This document shows, in pieces, positions 9,232-19,189 of a stretch of 64,000 nt of DNA. Each line of letters starts with the position of its first letter. Within the stretch, counting starts at the first letter, position 1. The notes under the pieces were generated by a model, which was given only the letters and a program-made list of their open reading frames with translations, did not search any database and had not been told where the DNA came from. Location: NCBI GenBank assembly GCA_963713975.1, contig OY970218.1:832001-896000 (forward strand), read 5' to 3'. Source of the stretch: an uncultured Chloroflexia bacterium. GTDB taxonomy: Bacteria; Chloroflexota; Limnocylindria; Limnocylindrales; CSP1-4. The translations under genes and the position numbers were made by a program.

Positions 9232-10167
9232 TCAGCCGCGGTCCAGCAGCTCCAGGACGGGGGCCAGGGCGGCGACCGACGCTTCCGTGATCGGGTCAAC
9301 CACCAGTTGCACGTGGCCGATGCCTTCGCGAGCGTAAGCGCGCAGCTCCTCTGCGATGACCTCCGGTGAACCCTCGAGCGGCGCCACGGACATCCGCGGG
9401 TCCTCGTCGCCCATGACCCGGCCCGTCCCGCCCGGCATGCGGACGAGGACGGCAACGGTGCGTTCGATGGCGGCAGGGTCCCGGCCCGCGGTCGTCGCCG
9501 CCGCGTCCACGGCCTCCCGCAATGGCGCCACGCCGTCCGGGGTGTTGCGTGTGTCCGCGTACCAGGCGTTCCAGGCTGCCGCGTACGGGAGCGTTGAGGC
9601 CAGCATCCGCGGACCGCTGGAGCCGACCAGGATCGGCGGACCCCCCGGGCGCGCCGGACGTGGCAGCAACTCGGCCTCGTGGGCGGTGACGTACTCGCCT
9701 TGGAAGTCGATGTACCCGCTCGCCAGCAGGGTGCGGACGACGGTGAACGCCTCCTCGAACCGGCTGACGCGGTGATCGAACGGCGCGTCGATCGCGGCGA
9801 ACTCCGTGTCGTTCCAGCCCGCGCCCAGGCCCAGCACCAGGCGACCGCCGGAGATCTCGTCCACGGTCGCTGCCTGCTTGGCCAGCATGAACGGGTGATG
9901 GAACGCCGTGGCCGCCACGAGTGGGCCAAGCGTCACCCTGTCCGTGGCCTCGGCAAGGCCGGCGAGGGTCGTCCAGGCCTCCCACGGACCACGTGTCTCG
10001 CCCGATGCGAAACGGTAGAGCAGGTGGTCGCCCAGCCAGATGGAGTCGAACCCGGCCTGTTCCGCCGTGCGGGAGATGGCGCGGAGCTCCGGCCAGCGGA
10101 CGTCCCGCTCGACCTCGGGGAGTTGGACGCCGACTCCGAGGGGCCGGCCGGGTCGTCGGGGGATCAT
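9232..10167 (-). CDS. LLM-class flavin/F420-dependent oxidoreductase
   Basis: AEQAGFDSIWLGDHL, EAWTTLAGLAEATDRVTLG, TVDEISGGRLVLGLGAGW. Confidence 0.92.
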   Translation of the reverse strand: MIPRRPGRPLGVGVQLPEVERDVRWPELRAISRTAEQAGFDSIWLGDHLLYRFASGETRGPWEAWTTLAGLAEATDRVTLGPLVAATAFHHPFMLAKQAATVDEISGGRLVLGLGAGWNDTEFAAIDAPFDHRVSRFEEAFTVVRTLLASGYIDFQGEYVTAHEAELLPRPARPGGPPILVGSSGPRMLASTLPYAAAWNAWYADTRNTPDGVAPLREAVDAAATTAGRDPAAIERTVAVLVRMPGGTGRVMGDEDPRMSVAPLEGSPEVIAEELRAYAREGIGHVQLVVDPITEASVAALAPVLELLDRG

Positions 10168-10312
10168 GGCGTCACCCTAGCGCATCTGCCGGGCATCGCG
10201 AACGATGCCGCGGGGCCTTGGGGCAGGCGCCGAGACCCGGCCAGATACCGCACGCGCGGCGTATCGTACCGATGCCATCGCTCCGGCCGCCGATCGAGGA
10301 GGAACCCGTTCC

Positions 10313-10609
10313 ATGTGCCTGTTCGCGTTGCTCGCGGGCCTGTTCCCGCGCATCGCCTTTGCCGTCTACTGGATCGCCCGGCCCGCCGTGGTCAATGCGG
10401 CCTTCGACACGTTCGTCCTGCCGCTACTGGGCCTGATCTTCCTGCCGTTCACGACCCTGATGTACGTGATCCTGTGGACCCCGGGCGTCGGGATCACCGG
10501 CTGGGACTGGCTGTGGCTGGCGATCGCCGTGATGCTGGACCTCGGCCACTACACGTACAGCGCCTACGGGAACCGGGAGCAGATCCCGGGCATGAGCTCC
10601 GGCCAGTAG
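10313..10609 (+). CDS. small multi-pass membrane protein (98 aa)
   Basis: GAGGAGG RBS; MCLFALLAGLFPRIAFAVYW...LPLLGLIFLPFTTLMY...GWDWLWLAIAVMLDL, about three TM segments. Confidence 0.85.
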   Translation: MCLFALLAGLFPRIAFAVYWIARPAVVNAAFDTFVLPLLGLIFLPFTTLMYVILWTPGVGITGWDWLWLAIAVMLDLGHYTYSAYGNREQIPGMSSGQ

Positions 10610-10620
10610 GACGTCGCAGG

Positions 10621-10982
10621 CACGCCGCGGCCGTCGCCCGAGCGGGCGGCGGCCGCGGATCCTCGTTCCGTGCAGTTCTCGGCCCCCGTCTGCGCCGCCC
10701 ACCGGTTCAACGGTTGGGTCAGCCAGCGATTCAGCCGCTGGGCGGCACCTTTGTCGCTCAGCGGGCCCCGCCCAACCGACAAGCGTGCCACCAGGCGGCG
10801 CAAATGGTGCAGGACCCGACGGTTGAACCGCCCGGCGGCTCAAGGGACGGGCGGTCGCCCGAGGAGGGACGGCAGAAGCTCAGGGGACGGGCGGAAGCTC
10901 ATGGCCAGAATGCTCACGCGGCGGCCGTCGCCCGAGCGGGCGGGCGGCGGCCGCGGATCCTCGTTCCGTGCAGTTGTCGGCC
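10621..10982. repeat. two ~65-bp direct repeats (10621-10684, 10915-10982) flanking a palindromic element
   Basis: Both read CACGCsGCGGCCGTCGCCCGAGCGGG(CGGG)CGGCGGCCGCGGATCCTCGTTCCGTGCAGTTsTCGGCC; each contains a GC hairpin. Confidence 0.85.
10703..10830. repeat. 128-bp palindromic intergenic repeat, copy 1 (REPIN/MITE-like)
   Basis: Ends CGGTTCAACGGTTGGGT...ACCCGACGGTTGAACCG; aligns without gaps to 17547-17674 and 40231-40358. Confidence 0.85.
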
Positions 10983-10992
10983 TCGGGGCGCG

Positions 10993-12588
10993 TCAGCCCG
11001 CGATCACCCCGTTGCCGCTGATCAGGCTCAGGATCACGTCGATGTCCGCGCTGCCCGCGATCCCCGTGTACTTGGCCCGCACGATTCCCTCCCCGTCCAC
11101 GACGAAGATCCAGGGCATCTCGGTGCCCGGCCAGATGCCCTCGCCCAGCCCCCAGGCCCGTGAGTACCGGTTCAGGGGCGGATCCTCGAGGGCCCCCGAC
11201 AGCACCGGCTCCTCCGTGATCACCTGGTACTCGAACGGCTCCAGGTGGATGAACGCCGCCTCCTGCCAGCGGTCCAGCAGGAACCGGATCATGGTCAGCG
11301 CCCGGCCGCAGGCCGGTGAGACCTTGAAGCGCTCCGAGTCCACCACGAGCACATAGGGCTTGCCGGCCGCACGGGCCTCGGCCGTCGAGGTCTTCGACAT
11401 CCGCAGGTCCGGGTTGGGCTGCGTGGTCACGGCCCGAACGACCCCACCCACGTCATCGAGCGTGGGCGTGGCGATGTCAGGGGCCGGAGCGCCCAGCGAA
11501 GCCGTGCTGCCGGGATCGAGGGCCTGGATCGTGGCCGTGCCACGTGCGTCGCCCGCGACCAGCTGGAGGCCCCAGGCACCGGCCGCCGGGAAGTCCAGGG
11601 TCGCCACGAAGGAGGTCTCGCTCGCACCCTCGGGCCGCACGGCGACGGCCGTGACCGGGGCGCCCTGGGGGCTGCCGTCGGACGCGGTGACCTGGACGAT
11701 GAGCGGCGTCGTGCCGTCGAGCCTCACCCCGGTATCGTCGGCAACCTGCAGGATGACGGGACTCTGGCCACCCGACCAGATGCTCGTCGAGACCACCTCG
11801 GTCACCAGCGATCGGGCGATCGGGTCGGCCGACGAAACCGGTCCGGGCGAGACCGGGGCCGGCGTGACGGGAACCGGCGATGTCACGGCCACGGGCACCC
11901 CGCCGGACGGCGCCGGCCCCTTCGCAAGGAGCGCTTCGAGTGACGCGACAATCGCCGCCGCATCGGTCCCGAATGGGAAGCGCGCCCTGAGCTGCCCCTG
12001 GGCATCCACAAGGAAGATGTCCGCGGTATGCGCCATCGCGTATCCCCCGGCGGAGTCCTGGTCGATCCGGGCGTACTTGACGCCCCACCGGTCTGCGTTG
12101 GCGCGCACATCGGCGGGAGCACCCGAGAGCCCCGTGAAGGCGGCCGGCAGGTAGCGCAGATACGACTTCATCGCCGCCACGTCGTCCCGTTCCGGGTCGA
12201 TCGACACGAACACGGCACGCGGACCGGCTTCCACATCGGCCAGCGCCTCGCTGACGACACCGACCGTGGCCGGGCAGACATCGGGGCAGTGGGTGTAGCC
12301 GAAGAAGACGAGCGCCGGCCGTCCCTGCAGGGACGAGAGCGCGAACGGCTGGCCGTCCTGGTCCGTGAGCTCCAGGGCGGGCGCCGGGCCGGTCTCCGCG
12401 TAGGCGAAGTCGGACGGATCGGGAGTCGCCTCCGCGGCGGTGCCGGACAACGCTCCATCGCGCGCCAGCAGCACCAGCGCCACGAGGCCCACTGCCAGCA
12501 GAGCCAGGAGACCCAGCACGAGACCGCCGGCGACCACGCCACCGCGGTTCGCCGGCGCGGGATCGGAGGGTCGGTCGGTCATCACCAT
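10993..12588 (-). CDS. SCO1/SenC copper chaperone fused to Ig-like and thioredoxin-like domains
   Basis: N-terminal TM, FFGYTHCPDVCP (CxxxC), SIDPERD, MAHTA His ligand, plus about 270 extra C-terminal residues. Start at 12588 or 12582. Confidence 0.85.
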   Translation of the reverse strand: MVMTDRPSDPAPANRGGVVAGGLVLGLLALLAVGLVALVLLARDGALSGTAAEATPDPSDFAYAETGPAPALELTDQDGQPFALSSLQGRPALVFFGYTHCPDVCPATVGVVSEALADVEAGPRAVFVSIDPERDDVAAMKSYLRYLPAAFTGLSGAPADVRANADRWGVKYARIDQDSAGGYAMAHTADIFLVDAQGQLRARFPFGTDAAAIVASLEALLAKGPAPSGGVPVAVTSPVPVTPAPVSPGPVSSADPIARSLVTEVVSTSIWSGGQSPVILQVADDTGVRLDGTTPLIVQVTASDGSPQGAPVTAVAVRPEGASETSFVATLDFPAAGAWGLQLVAGDARGTATIQALDPGSTASLGAPAPDIATPTLDDVGGVVRAVTTQPNPDLRMSKTSTAEARAAGKPYVLVVDSERFKVSPACGRALTMIRFLLDRWQEAAFIHLEPFEYQVITEEPVLSGALEDPPLNRYSRAWGLGEGIWPGTEMPWIFVVDGEGIVRAKYTGIAGSADIDVILSLISGNGVIAG

Positions 12589-12699
12589 GGCATCCGGCTC
12601 GAAGGTACCGGGCGGGGCGATATCGTGCTCGACCGAGGCAGGTCGCGAGTCCGGGCGCCGCAGGTGGCGATGCCCGGCCTCACCCACGATCATGGCCTC

Positions 12700-13554
12700 A
12701 TGCAGTACGGAGTGGTCATCACGTCCGGCGACCCCCGGACCGCCGCAGAGCTCGCCGCCGGTGCCGAGGCGGCCGGTTGGGACGGCGTCTTCACCTACGA
12801 CGCCATCGCCATCGGCTCCACGCATCTATGGGATCCGTGGGTCCTCCTCGCCGCGATGGCCATGCGGACGGAGCGCGTCCGCCTCGGCGCCCTGGTGTTC
12901 GCGCCCGCGCGCCGCCGGCCGTGGAAGATGGCGCGTGAGGTGGCGACCCTGGACCACCTGTCGAACGGGCGCCTCGTGCTGCCTGTCGGCCTCGGCACGC
13001 TCGACGACGGGGGCTTCGGGAACGTGGGCGAGCCCTTGGAGGCCAGGACGCGGGCCCGGCTCCTGGACGAGACGCTGGCGATCATGGACGGTCTGGCCAC
13101 CGGCGAGCCGTTCGGGTTCGAGGGGGAGCACTACCGCTTCGGGCCGATGACGTTCCTGCCGACCCCGGTCCAGCGTCCCCGCGTGCCGGTGTGGGTCGTG
13201 GGCGCCTGGCCGCACGAGCGCTCGATGCGGCGTGCGATCCGCTGGGACGGCCTGGTGGTCCAGGCCACGGGCCCCGACGGTAGGCCCGCGACCGGCCCAG
13301 CGCTCCTGCCCGAGATCGTGGACTGGGTCCAAAAGGCACGCGCCACCGCAGGCCTCGACCATCCATTCGAGATCATCGTTGACGGCACCACCCCGGCCGG
13401 GGATCCCGCAGAGGCGGCGAGGATCGCAGGTGCCCACGAGATCGCCGGGGCCACGTGGTGGATCGAGGCAGACTGGGCCGTCGCCTCAACGGACGCGCTT
13501 CGGGCCCGGATCGCCGCGGGGCCACCGCGCCCACGGCCGACGGCGGAGCGCTAG
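12700..13554 (+). CDS. LLM-class flavin-dependent oxidoreductase
   Basis: AEAAGWDGVFTYD, DPWVLLAAMAMRTERVRLG, RRRPWKMAREVATLDHLSNGRLVL, PTPVQRPRVPVWV. Confidence 0.92.
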   Translation: MQYGVVITSGDPRTAAELAAGAEAAGWDGVFTYDAIAIGSTHLWDPWVLLAAMAMRTERVRLGALVFAPARRRPWKMAREVATLDHLSNGRLVLPVGLGTLDDGGFGNVGEPLEARTRARLLDETLAIMDGLATGEPFGFEGEHYRFGPMTFLPTPVQRPRVPVWVVGAWPHERSMRRAIRWDGLVVQATGPDGRPATGPALLPEIVDWVQKARATAGLDHPFEIIVDGTTPAGDPAEAARIAGAHEIAGATWWIEADWAVASTDALRARIAAGPPRPRPTAER

Positions 13555-13611
13555 CCTTCTGGGCAGATCGGCCTATTGGCAGTCACCGCGAATGCCCGCT
13601 ACCGTCTGGGC

Positions 13612-14550
13612 ATGGCCTCGTCCCACTCGGATCGTCGTCTGCTCGTCGTGGCGCTCGCGTGTGTGCTGGCGACCGCAGCGGGTGGTGGCGCTCCGCCGCC
13701 CGCCCAGGCGCGCTCGGCAGCGTCGTGCTCCGTGGGCGACACGCTGACCCGCTATCGAGCGCCGTCCGACTGGTACCGCAGCGTCCTGGATACGCGACTC
13801 CGACTGTCGCGCTCGTACACGCCGCCCGACCTCGTGAGCACCGCGCGGTCCGGGGCTCCGGGGTTCGGCCGCATCAGGCGGATCGCGATCGCGGACCTCA
13901 CGGCCATGTACCGGGCGTCGAAAAAGGCTGGGGCGCGGTTCGCCGTCCAGAGCAGCTACAGGAGCTACGGCACGCAGGTTTCCACGTTCTGGAGCTGGGT
14001 CCACCGTTCGAGCTACCGGAGCGCGCTCCTGTCCTCGGCGCGACCCGGCCACTCCGAGCACCAGCTGGGAACGGTCTTGGACCTCAAGACACCGGGCGGC
14101 TCCGCTCCCTGGGCGTACGCCGATTGGGGCCGGACCAGGGCAGGCGCCTGGCTCGCCCGCAACAGCTGGCGCTACGGCTGGATCATGAGCTACCCGAAGG
14201 GCAAGAGCCCCGGGCAGACCTGCTACAAGTACGAGCCGTGGCACTTCCGCTACGTGGGCCGCCTGATCGCCGGACGGATCCACGCATCGGGCCTGGCGCC
14301 CCGCGAGTGGCTGTGGAGGCAGGGCGGAACCGGGGCATGGACGGGAGGCTCGCCGAACCCGACACCCACGCCGACACCCACGCCGAACCCGACGCCGAAC
14401 CCGACGCCGACGCCCGACCCGACGCCCACACCGACGCCGAACCCGACACCCACGCCGAACCCGACACCCACGCCCGACCCGACGCCCACGCCGACGCCCG
14501 AGCCGACACCTTCGGAAGCGCCGACCGCCTCGCCCACCGACGCGGTCTAG
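13612..14550 (+). CDS. secreted M15B (VanY-like) D,D-carboxypeptidase with Pro/Thr-rich tail
   Basis: Signal peptide; [31 protein letters not shown] Zn-binding motifs. Confidence 0.9.
   Translation: MASSHSDRRLLVVALACVLATAAGGGAPPPAQARSAASCSVGDTLTRYRAPSDWYRSVLDTRLRLSRSYTPPDLVSTARSGAPGFGRIRRIAIADLTAMYRASKKAGARFAVQSSYRSYGTQVSTFWSWVHRSSYRSALLSSARPGHSEHQLGTVLDLKTPGGSAPWAYADWGRTRAGAWLARNSWRYGWIMSYPKGKSPGQTCYKYEPWHFRYVGRLIAGRIHASGLAPREWLWRQGGTGAWTGGSPNPTPTPTPTPNPTPNPTPTPDPTPTPTPNPTPTPNPTPTPDPTPTPTPEPTPSEAPTASPTDAV
14353..14510 (+). repeat. coding low-complexity tandem repeat (PT/PN/PD)n
   Basis: CCGACG/CCGAAC/CCCACG hexamer repeats encoding PNPTPTPTP... Confidence 0.9.
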
Positions 14551-14739
14551 GGTCCCCGCCAGGACGGGCGACCCGGGTGGCACGACGTCCTCGGGCCAAT
14601 GGCCCATGCCGGACCGGGCAATTGTGCCGTCCGGCACGCCACGTGGCCCGTTGCGCTCAGCGCCGAACGGGACGACCCTAGGAAGCGTACCCATGCCACC
14701 CCGCGTCCTGCCATGCCCGTGAACCACCCGAGGATTCCG

Positions 14740-17484
14740 ATGACCGCCACGACTCCGGCGACCGACCCCGCCACCGACGCCCCGCGCGAGCGCCGACCGC
14801 TCGACGCGATCTTCCATCCCCGCTCGATCGCGGTGGTGGGAGCCACCGAGAAGGAGGGCTCGGTCGGCCGGACCATCCTCTGGAACCTGCTCTCCTCCCC
14901 GTTCGGTGGAACGGTCTACCCGGTGAACCCCACCCGCCCCGCGATCCTGGGCGTGAAGGCATACCCGTCCCTCAGCGCCATCGATGAGCCGGTGGACCTG
15001 GCGGTCATCGTCACGCCCGCCAAATCCGCCCCGGGCCTGGTGGAAGAGTGCGGCCAGGCCGGGATCAAGGGCGTGATCATCATCAGCGCCGGGTTCAAGG
15101 AGATCGGGCCCGAAGGCGTGGAGCTCGAGCGCCTGGTCCTGGAGGCGGCGCGCCGCCACGGGATCCGCGTCGTCGGCCCCAACTGCCTGGGGGTGATGAA
15201 CCCGATCGGGCGGATGAACGCGACCTTCGCGGCCGGGATCGCCGCGCCGGGTCGAGTGGGCTTCGTATCGCAGTCGGGGGCACTCCTGACGGCGATCCTG
15301 GACTGGGCCGCGCACGAGGATGTCGGCTTCAGCTCCATCGTGTCGCTGGGCTCGATGCTGGACGTGGGATGGGGCGACGTCATCGACTACCTCGGCGATG
15401 ACCCCAATACCGACAGCATCGTCATCTACATGGAGACCATCGGCGACGCGAGAGGCTTCCTGTCATCGGCCCGCGAAGTTGCGATGACCAAGCCGATCAT
15501 CGTCATCAAGCCCGGGCGGACCGCCGAGGCGGCCAAGGCGGCGGCATCGCACACGGGCTCGCTCACCGGCTCCGACGACGTCCTGGACGCGGCGTTCCGC
15601 CGTGCCGGAGTGCTGCGGGTGGACTCGATCAGCGAGCTGTTCGAGGTCAGCGAGATCCTCGCCAAGCAGCCGCGCCCGAAGGGCCGGCGCCTGTCGATCG
15701 TGACCAACGCCGGCGGGCCCGGCGTCATCGCCACGGACGCCCTCATCGGCGGAGGCGGCGAGCTGTCCGCGATCAGCGACATGACGATGGAGGCGCTCAA
15801 CGCCGTCCTCCCGTCCGTGTGGAGCCACAACAATCCCATCGACATCATCGGCGACGCCCCGCCGGACCGGTACGCGAAGGCGCTCGAGATCGCCGCCGCG
15901 GACCCCGAGACGGACGGCCTGCTCGTGATCCTCACCCCGCAGGCGATGACCGATCCCACCGCCACGGCGCGAGCCCTCGTCAAGCACGCCCACATCGAAG
16001 GCAAGCCGGTCCTTGCATCGTGGATGGGCGGCCAGGACGTGGCTGAGGGTGCCGCGATCCTGCGCGAGGCGGGCATCCCGACGTTCGCCTACCCCGACAC
16101 CGCGTGCATCCTGTTCAACCACCTGTGGCGCTACGACACGAACCTGCGGTCGCTGTACGAGACACCGCGCCTGCCCATCGCACCCGAGCGCGGCGAGTTC
16201 CGCGAGGAGGTCGATCGGATCATCGCCGACGTCAGCGCCGAGGGCCGCTCCCTGCTCACGGAGTACGAGAGCAAGAAGGTCCTGGCGGCGTACGGCATCC
16301 CGATCACGGACACCGAACTGGCCGAGACACCGGAAGAGGCGGTCGCGGCGGCCGATGCCATCGGCTACCCCGTGGTCGCGAAGCTCCTGTCCCGGACGGT
16401 CACCCACAAGACCGACGTCGGTGGTGTCGTGCTAAACCTGCGCACGCCCGACGAGGTGCGGGAGGCGTTCGAGAAGATCCGGGACTCGGTGGCCCAGAAG
16501 GTGGGTGCCGAGCACTTCGAGGGCGTGACCATCCAGCCGATGATCAACTGGACCGGCTACGAGCTCATCGTGGGCAGCAGCCCCGATCCCCAGTTTGGCC
16601 CGGTCCTGCTGTTCGGGATGGGTGGCTCGCTGGTCGAGGTCTTCAGGGACCGCGCGCTGGCCCTGCCGCCGCTCAACATGAACCTCGCCCGGCATCTCAT
16701 CGACGAGACGCTCATCTCGCGTGCCCTCGTGGGCGTCCGAGGCCGGAAGCCCATCGACAAGGATGTCCTGGCCGCGCTCCTCGTCCGGTTCAGCGAGCTG
16801 GTCGCGGAGCAGCCGCGGATCGCGGAGATCGACATCAACCCGCTCCTCGCGTCTCCGGAGCGGATCATTGCCCTCGATGCGCGAGTAGTGCTGCATCCCG
16901 CGGACATCGCGGACGCGGACCTGCCGCGACTCGCCATCCGTCCGTATCCCCACGAGTACCAGCGTGAGGTCACCACGGACGACGGCGCCCGGCTCCTCGT
17001 CCGACCCGTCCGCCCCGAGGACGAGCCCACGGCGGCCCGGTTCCAGGCCGGCCTGTCGACCGAGACGGTCGTCGCCCGGTACGGCACGGATCGCCCGCTG
17101 GCGGAGCGCACCGCCCATGAGCGCCTGACGCGGATCTGCTTCGTGGACTACGACCGCCAGTTCGCGCTGGTCGCCGAGGTCCAGGGCGACGGGGATGCCG
17201 AGGACGGGGTGACCGAACCCGAGTTCGCGGCGATGTCGCGCGTCACCCGCATCCACGCGTCCAATGACCGGATGCTGACCGTGACCGTGGCCGACGCCTG
17301 GCAGCGGCGGGGCGTGGGAGCGCATCTCGTTGCGGCCGCGCTCGACGTGGCGCGCGGGGAGGGCGTCGAGCACCTGTGCGCCGAGCTGAACCCGATCAAT
17401 ACGGCGATGCGCGACCTGCTGGAGGAGGAGGGCTTTGCCTTCGAGACCCGCGGGGACCTGCTGGTGGCAAAGCTGACCCTCTGA
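14740..17484 (+). CDS. bifunctional NDP-forming acyl-CoA ligase / GNAT protein (Pat/PatZ-like)
   Basis: [69 protein letters not shown]-terminal [15 protein letters not shown]. Confidence 0.92.
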   Translation: MTATTPATDPATDAPRERRPLDAIFHPRSIAVVGATEKEGSVGRTILWNLLSSPFGGTVYPVNPTRPAILGVKAYPSLSAIDEPVDLAVIVTPAKSAPGLVEECGQAGIKGVIIISAGFKEIGPEGVELERLVLEAARRHGIRVVGPNCLGVMNPIGRMNATFAAGIAAPGRVGFVSQSGALLTAILDWAAHEDVGFSSIVSLGSMLDVGWGDVIDYLGDDPNTDSIVIYMETIGDARGFLSSAREVAMTKPIIVIKPGRTAEAAKAAASHTGSLTGSDDVLDAAFRRAGVLRVDSISELFEVSEILAKQPRPKGRRLSIVTNAGGPGVIATDALIGGGGELSAISDMTMEALNAVLPSVWSHNNPIDIIGDAPPDRYAKALEIAAADPETDGLLVILTPQAMTDPTATARALVKHAHIEGKPVLASWMGGQDVAEGAAILREAGIPTFAYPDTACILFNHLWRYDTNLRSLYETPRLPIAPERGEFREEVDRIIADVSAEGRSLLTEYESKKVLAAYGIPITDTELAETPEEAVAAADAIGYPVVAKLLSRTVTHKTDVGGVVLNLRTPDEVREAFEKIRDSVAQKVGAEHFEGVTIQPMINWTGYELIVGSSPDPQFGPVLLFGMGGSLVEVFRDRALALPPLNMNLARHLIDETLISRALVGVRGRKPIDKDVLAALLVRFSELVAEQPRIAEIDINPLLASPERIIALDARVVLHPADIADADLPRLAIRPYPHEYQREVTTDDGARLLVRPVRPEDEPTAARFQAGLSTETVVARYGTDRPLAERTAHERLTRICFVDYDRQFALVAEVQGDGDAEDGVTEPEFAAMSRVTRIHASNDRMLTVTVADAWQRRGVGAHLVAAALDVARGEGVEHLCAELNPINTAMRDLLEEEGFAFETRGDLLVAKLTL

Positions 17485-17546
17485 GGCTGGGCGGGGGCAG
17501 TGCGGCGGCGGGGCCGCGGGCGGCGCCCGCGAATCCCGCCGGTCAG

Positions 17547-17674
17547 CGGTTCAACGGTCGGGTGGGCCGACGTTCCAGTCGCTCAGCGGCACATCTGTCG
17601 GCTGCACGCGCGCGCCCACCCGTTGAATATGCCGCTGAGCGGCGCAAACCGGGTCGCACCCGACGGTAGAGCCA
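17547..17674. repeat. 128-bp palindromic intergenic repeat, copy 2
   Basis: CGGTTCAACGGTCGGGT...GTCGCTCAGCGGCACATCTGTCG...TGCCGCTGAGCGGCGCAAA...ACCCGACGGTAGAGCCA. Confidence 0.8.
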
Positions 17675-17820
17675 CTCGGCGGTACGTGCCTGACAAGGCA
17701 CGAGCCGGGCGGGCGCTTGATGGCGGCGTCCAGCGTCCAGTTCGCAACCGTCGGCCGGATACGCGATCATGCCTTGGGCAGCCGGCCTCCGGTCTGTGCT
17801 GCCCAGCCGCCGGGAGTCTC

Positions 17821-19164
17821 ATGGCCAGCCGTCGCCGATCGCTCCGCGCCGCAAGCCTCGTCCTGATCGTCGGCTGTCTTGCCGTCTCTGGCATCGCTCC
17901 TGCCAGCCTCGGTGGTGCGCGACGGGCCGAGGCGGCCGAGCCATCGCCGACCGCGAACCCCGCGGTGGGTCCCGCACTGGAACCTCAAGCCGAACCGACC
18001 GCCACCCCGACTCCGGAGCCCAGCCCGCCGCCGGACGCCGCCGCGACCACAGCGCCGGACCCGATCGCGACGCCAGACCCGACCCCCTCGGCGGACCCAA
18101 CGTCAAGCCCCGAGCCGACCGCAACCCCGACTCCAACACCGACGCCACAGCCGGCCTCCGACTCCCTCCGCCTGGTCCGCTTGAAGGTCATCCGCGGGAG
18201 CATCTCGCCCAAGTCGGTGGTCGCCACCCAGACCGGCCTGTTCATCGCCCAGAACATGATGTACCGGCACTCGATGACCGTGTACAACCGCAAGGGCCAG
18301 CTGGTGAAGACGATCTCGGACAAGGTCGTCCTGGCCAGGTTCGGCTATCCGAAGTGGCCCCTGGCGGTGCGCGGCGCCCCGGTCGAGGCCGCCGTCGCAC
18401 CCGACGGCAAGCACGTGTACGTCTCCCAGTACTCGATGTACGGCCCGGGGTTCCGTCGGCCCGGCTGGGACACCGGGTGGGTCGACGATGCCATCGATCG
18501 ATCGTTCGTCTACGAGATCAGCACCAGCACGTTCAAGAAGACCCGCGTGTTCCGGGTGGGTCCCGTGCCCAAGGCGGTCGCCGTGAGCCCGGATGGGAAG
18601 TGGCTGCTGGCCGGCAACTGGACGAACCGCGACGTGTCGCTGGTCGACCTGCGAAAGGGGCGAGAGGTCAAGCGGATCGTCGTGGGCGGCAACCCGCGTG
18701 GGATCGCCTTCGCGCCCGACTCCTCCAAGGTCTATCTGAGCGCGGAATCGGGGCAGCGGGTGATGATCTACACGTTCTCGACAGGCAAGTTGCGCACCCT
18801 GATCCCGTTGCTGAAGGGTGAGCCACGCCACCTCGTGATCGACGGGGCCGGCAAGTACCTGTACGTCTCGCTCAACAAGGGCGGCGGCGTCGTGAAGATC
18901 GACATCGCCCAGAAGCGGGTGGTGGACCGGGTGAACACGGGCAGCCAGCCGCGGACCATCGTCCTGGCGCCGGACGGTCGCAGCCTGTATGTCGTCAACT
19001 ACCAGAGCCAGACCGTGGCCAAGGTGCGCACCCGAGACATGGCGGTCATCCAGCGCCTCAAGACGGTTGGAGTCCATCCCGTAGGCATCGACTACGACGT
19101 CCAGAGCCGGACCGTCTGGGTCTCCTGCTACCGGGGCACGATCGAGCGCTTCGCGGACCGCTAG
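17821..19164 (+). CDS. secreted YVTN/YncE-type beta-propeller protein with Pro/Thr linker
   Basis: Signal peptide, PT-rich linker, repeats such as VGPVPKAVAVSPDGKWLLAGN, VGGNPRGIAFAPDSSKVYLS, TGSQPRTIVLAPDGRSLYVVN. Confidence 0.88.
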   Translation: MASRRRSLRAASLVLIVGCLAVSGIAPASLGGARRAEAAEPSPTANPAVGPALEPQAEPTATPTPEPSPPPDAAATTAPDPIATPDPTPSADPTSSPEPTATPTPTPTPQPASDSLRLVRLKVIRGSISPKSVVATQTGLFIAQNMMYRHSMTVYNRKGQLVKTISDKVVLARFGYPKWPLAVRGAPVEAAVAPDGKHVYVSQYSMYGPGFRRPGWDTGWVDDAIDRSFVYEISTSTFKKTRVFRVGPVPKAVAVSPDGKWLLAGNWTNRDVSLVDLRKGREVKRIVVGGNPRGIAFAPDSSKVYLSAESGQRVMIYTFSTGKLRTLIPLLKGEPRHLVIDGAGKYLYVSLNKGGGVVKIDIAQKRVVDRVNTGSQPRTIVLAPDGRSLYVVNYQSQTVAKVRTRDMAVIQRLKTVGVHPVGIDYDVQSRTVWVSCYRGTIERFADR

Positions 19165-19189
19165 CGGGTCGGGGCCACCCGCCGCTCGA

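Noticed and set aside
10703-10830. 128-bp elements as integron attC sites (ends match RYYYAAC...GTTRRRY in copies 1 and 3)
   Set aside because: Arms are symmetric, without the unpaired spacer and extrahelical bases of attC; copy 2 has GTA instead of GTT; copies are dispersed, not in a cassette array; no intI in the window. An IntegronFinder run would settle it.
14353-14510. Tandem repeats as a CRISPR array or non-coding VNTR
   Set aside because: Hexamer repeats in frame encoding a Pro/Thr linker; no unique spacers.
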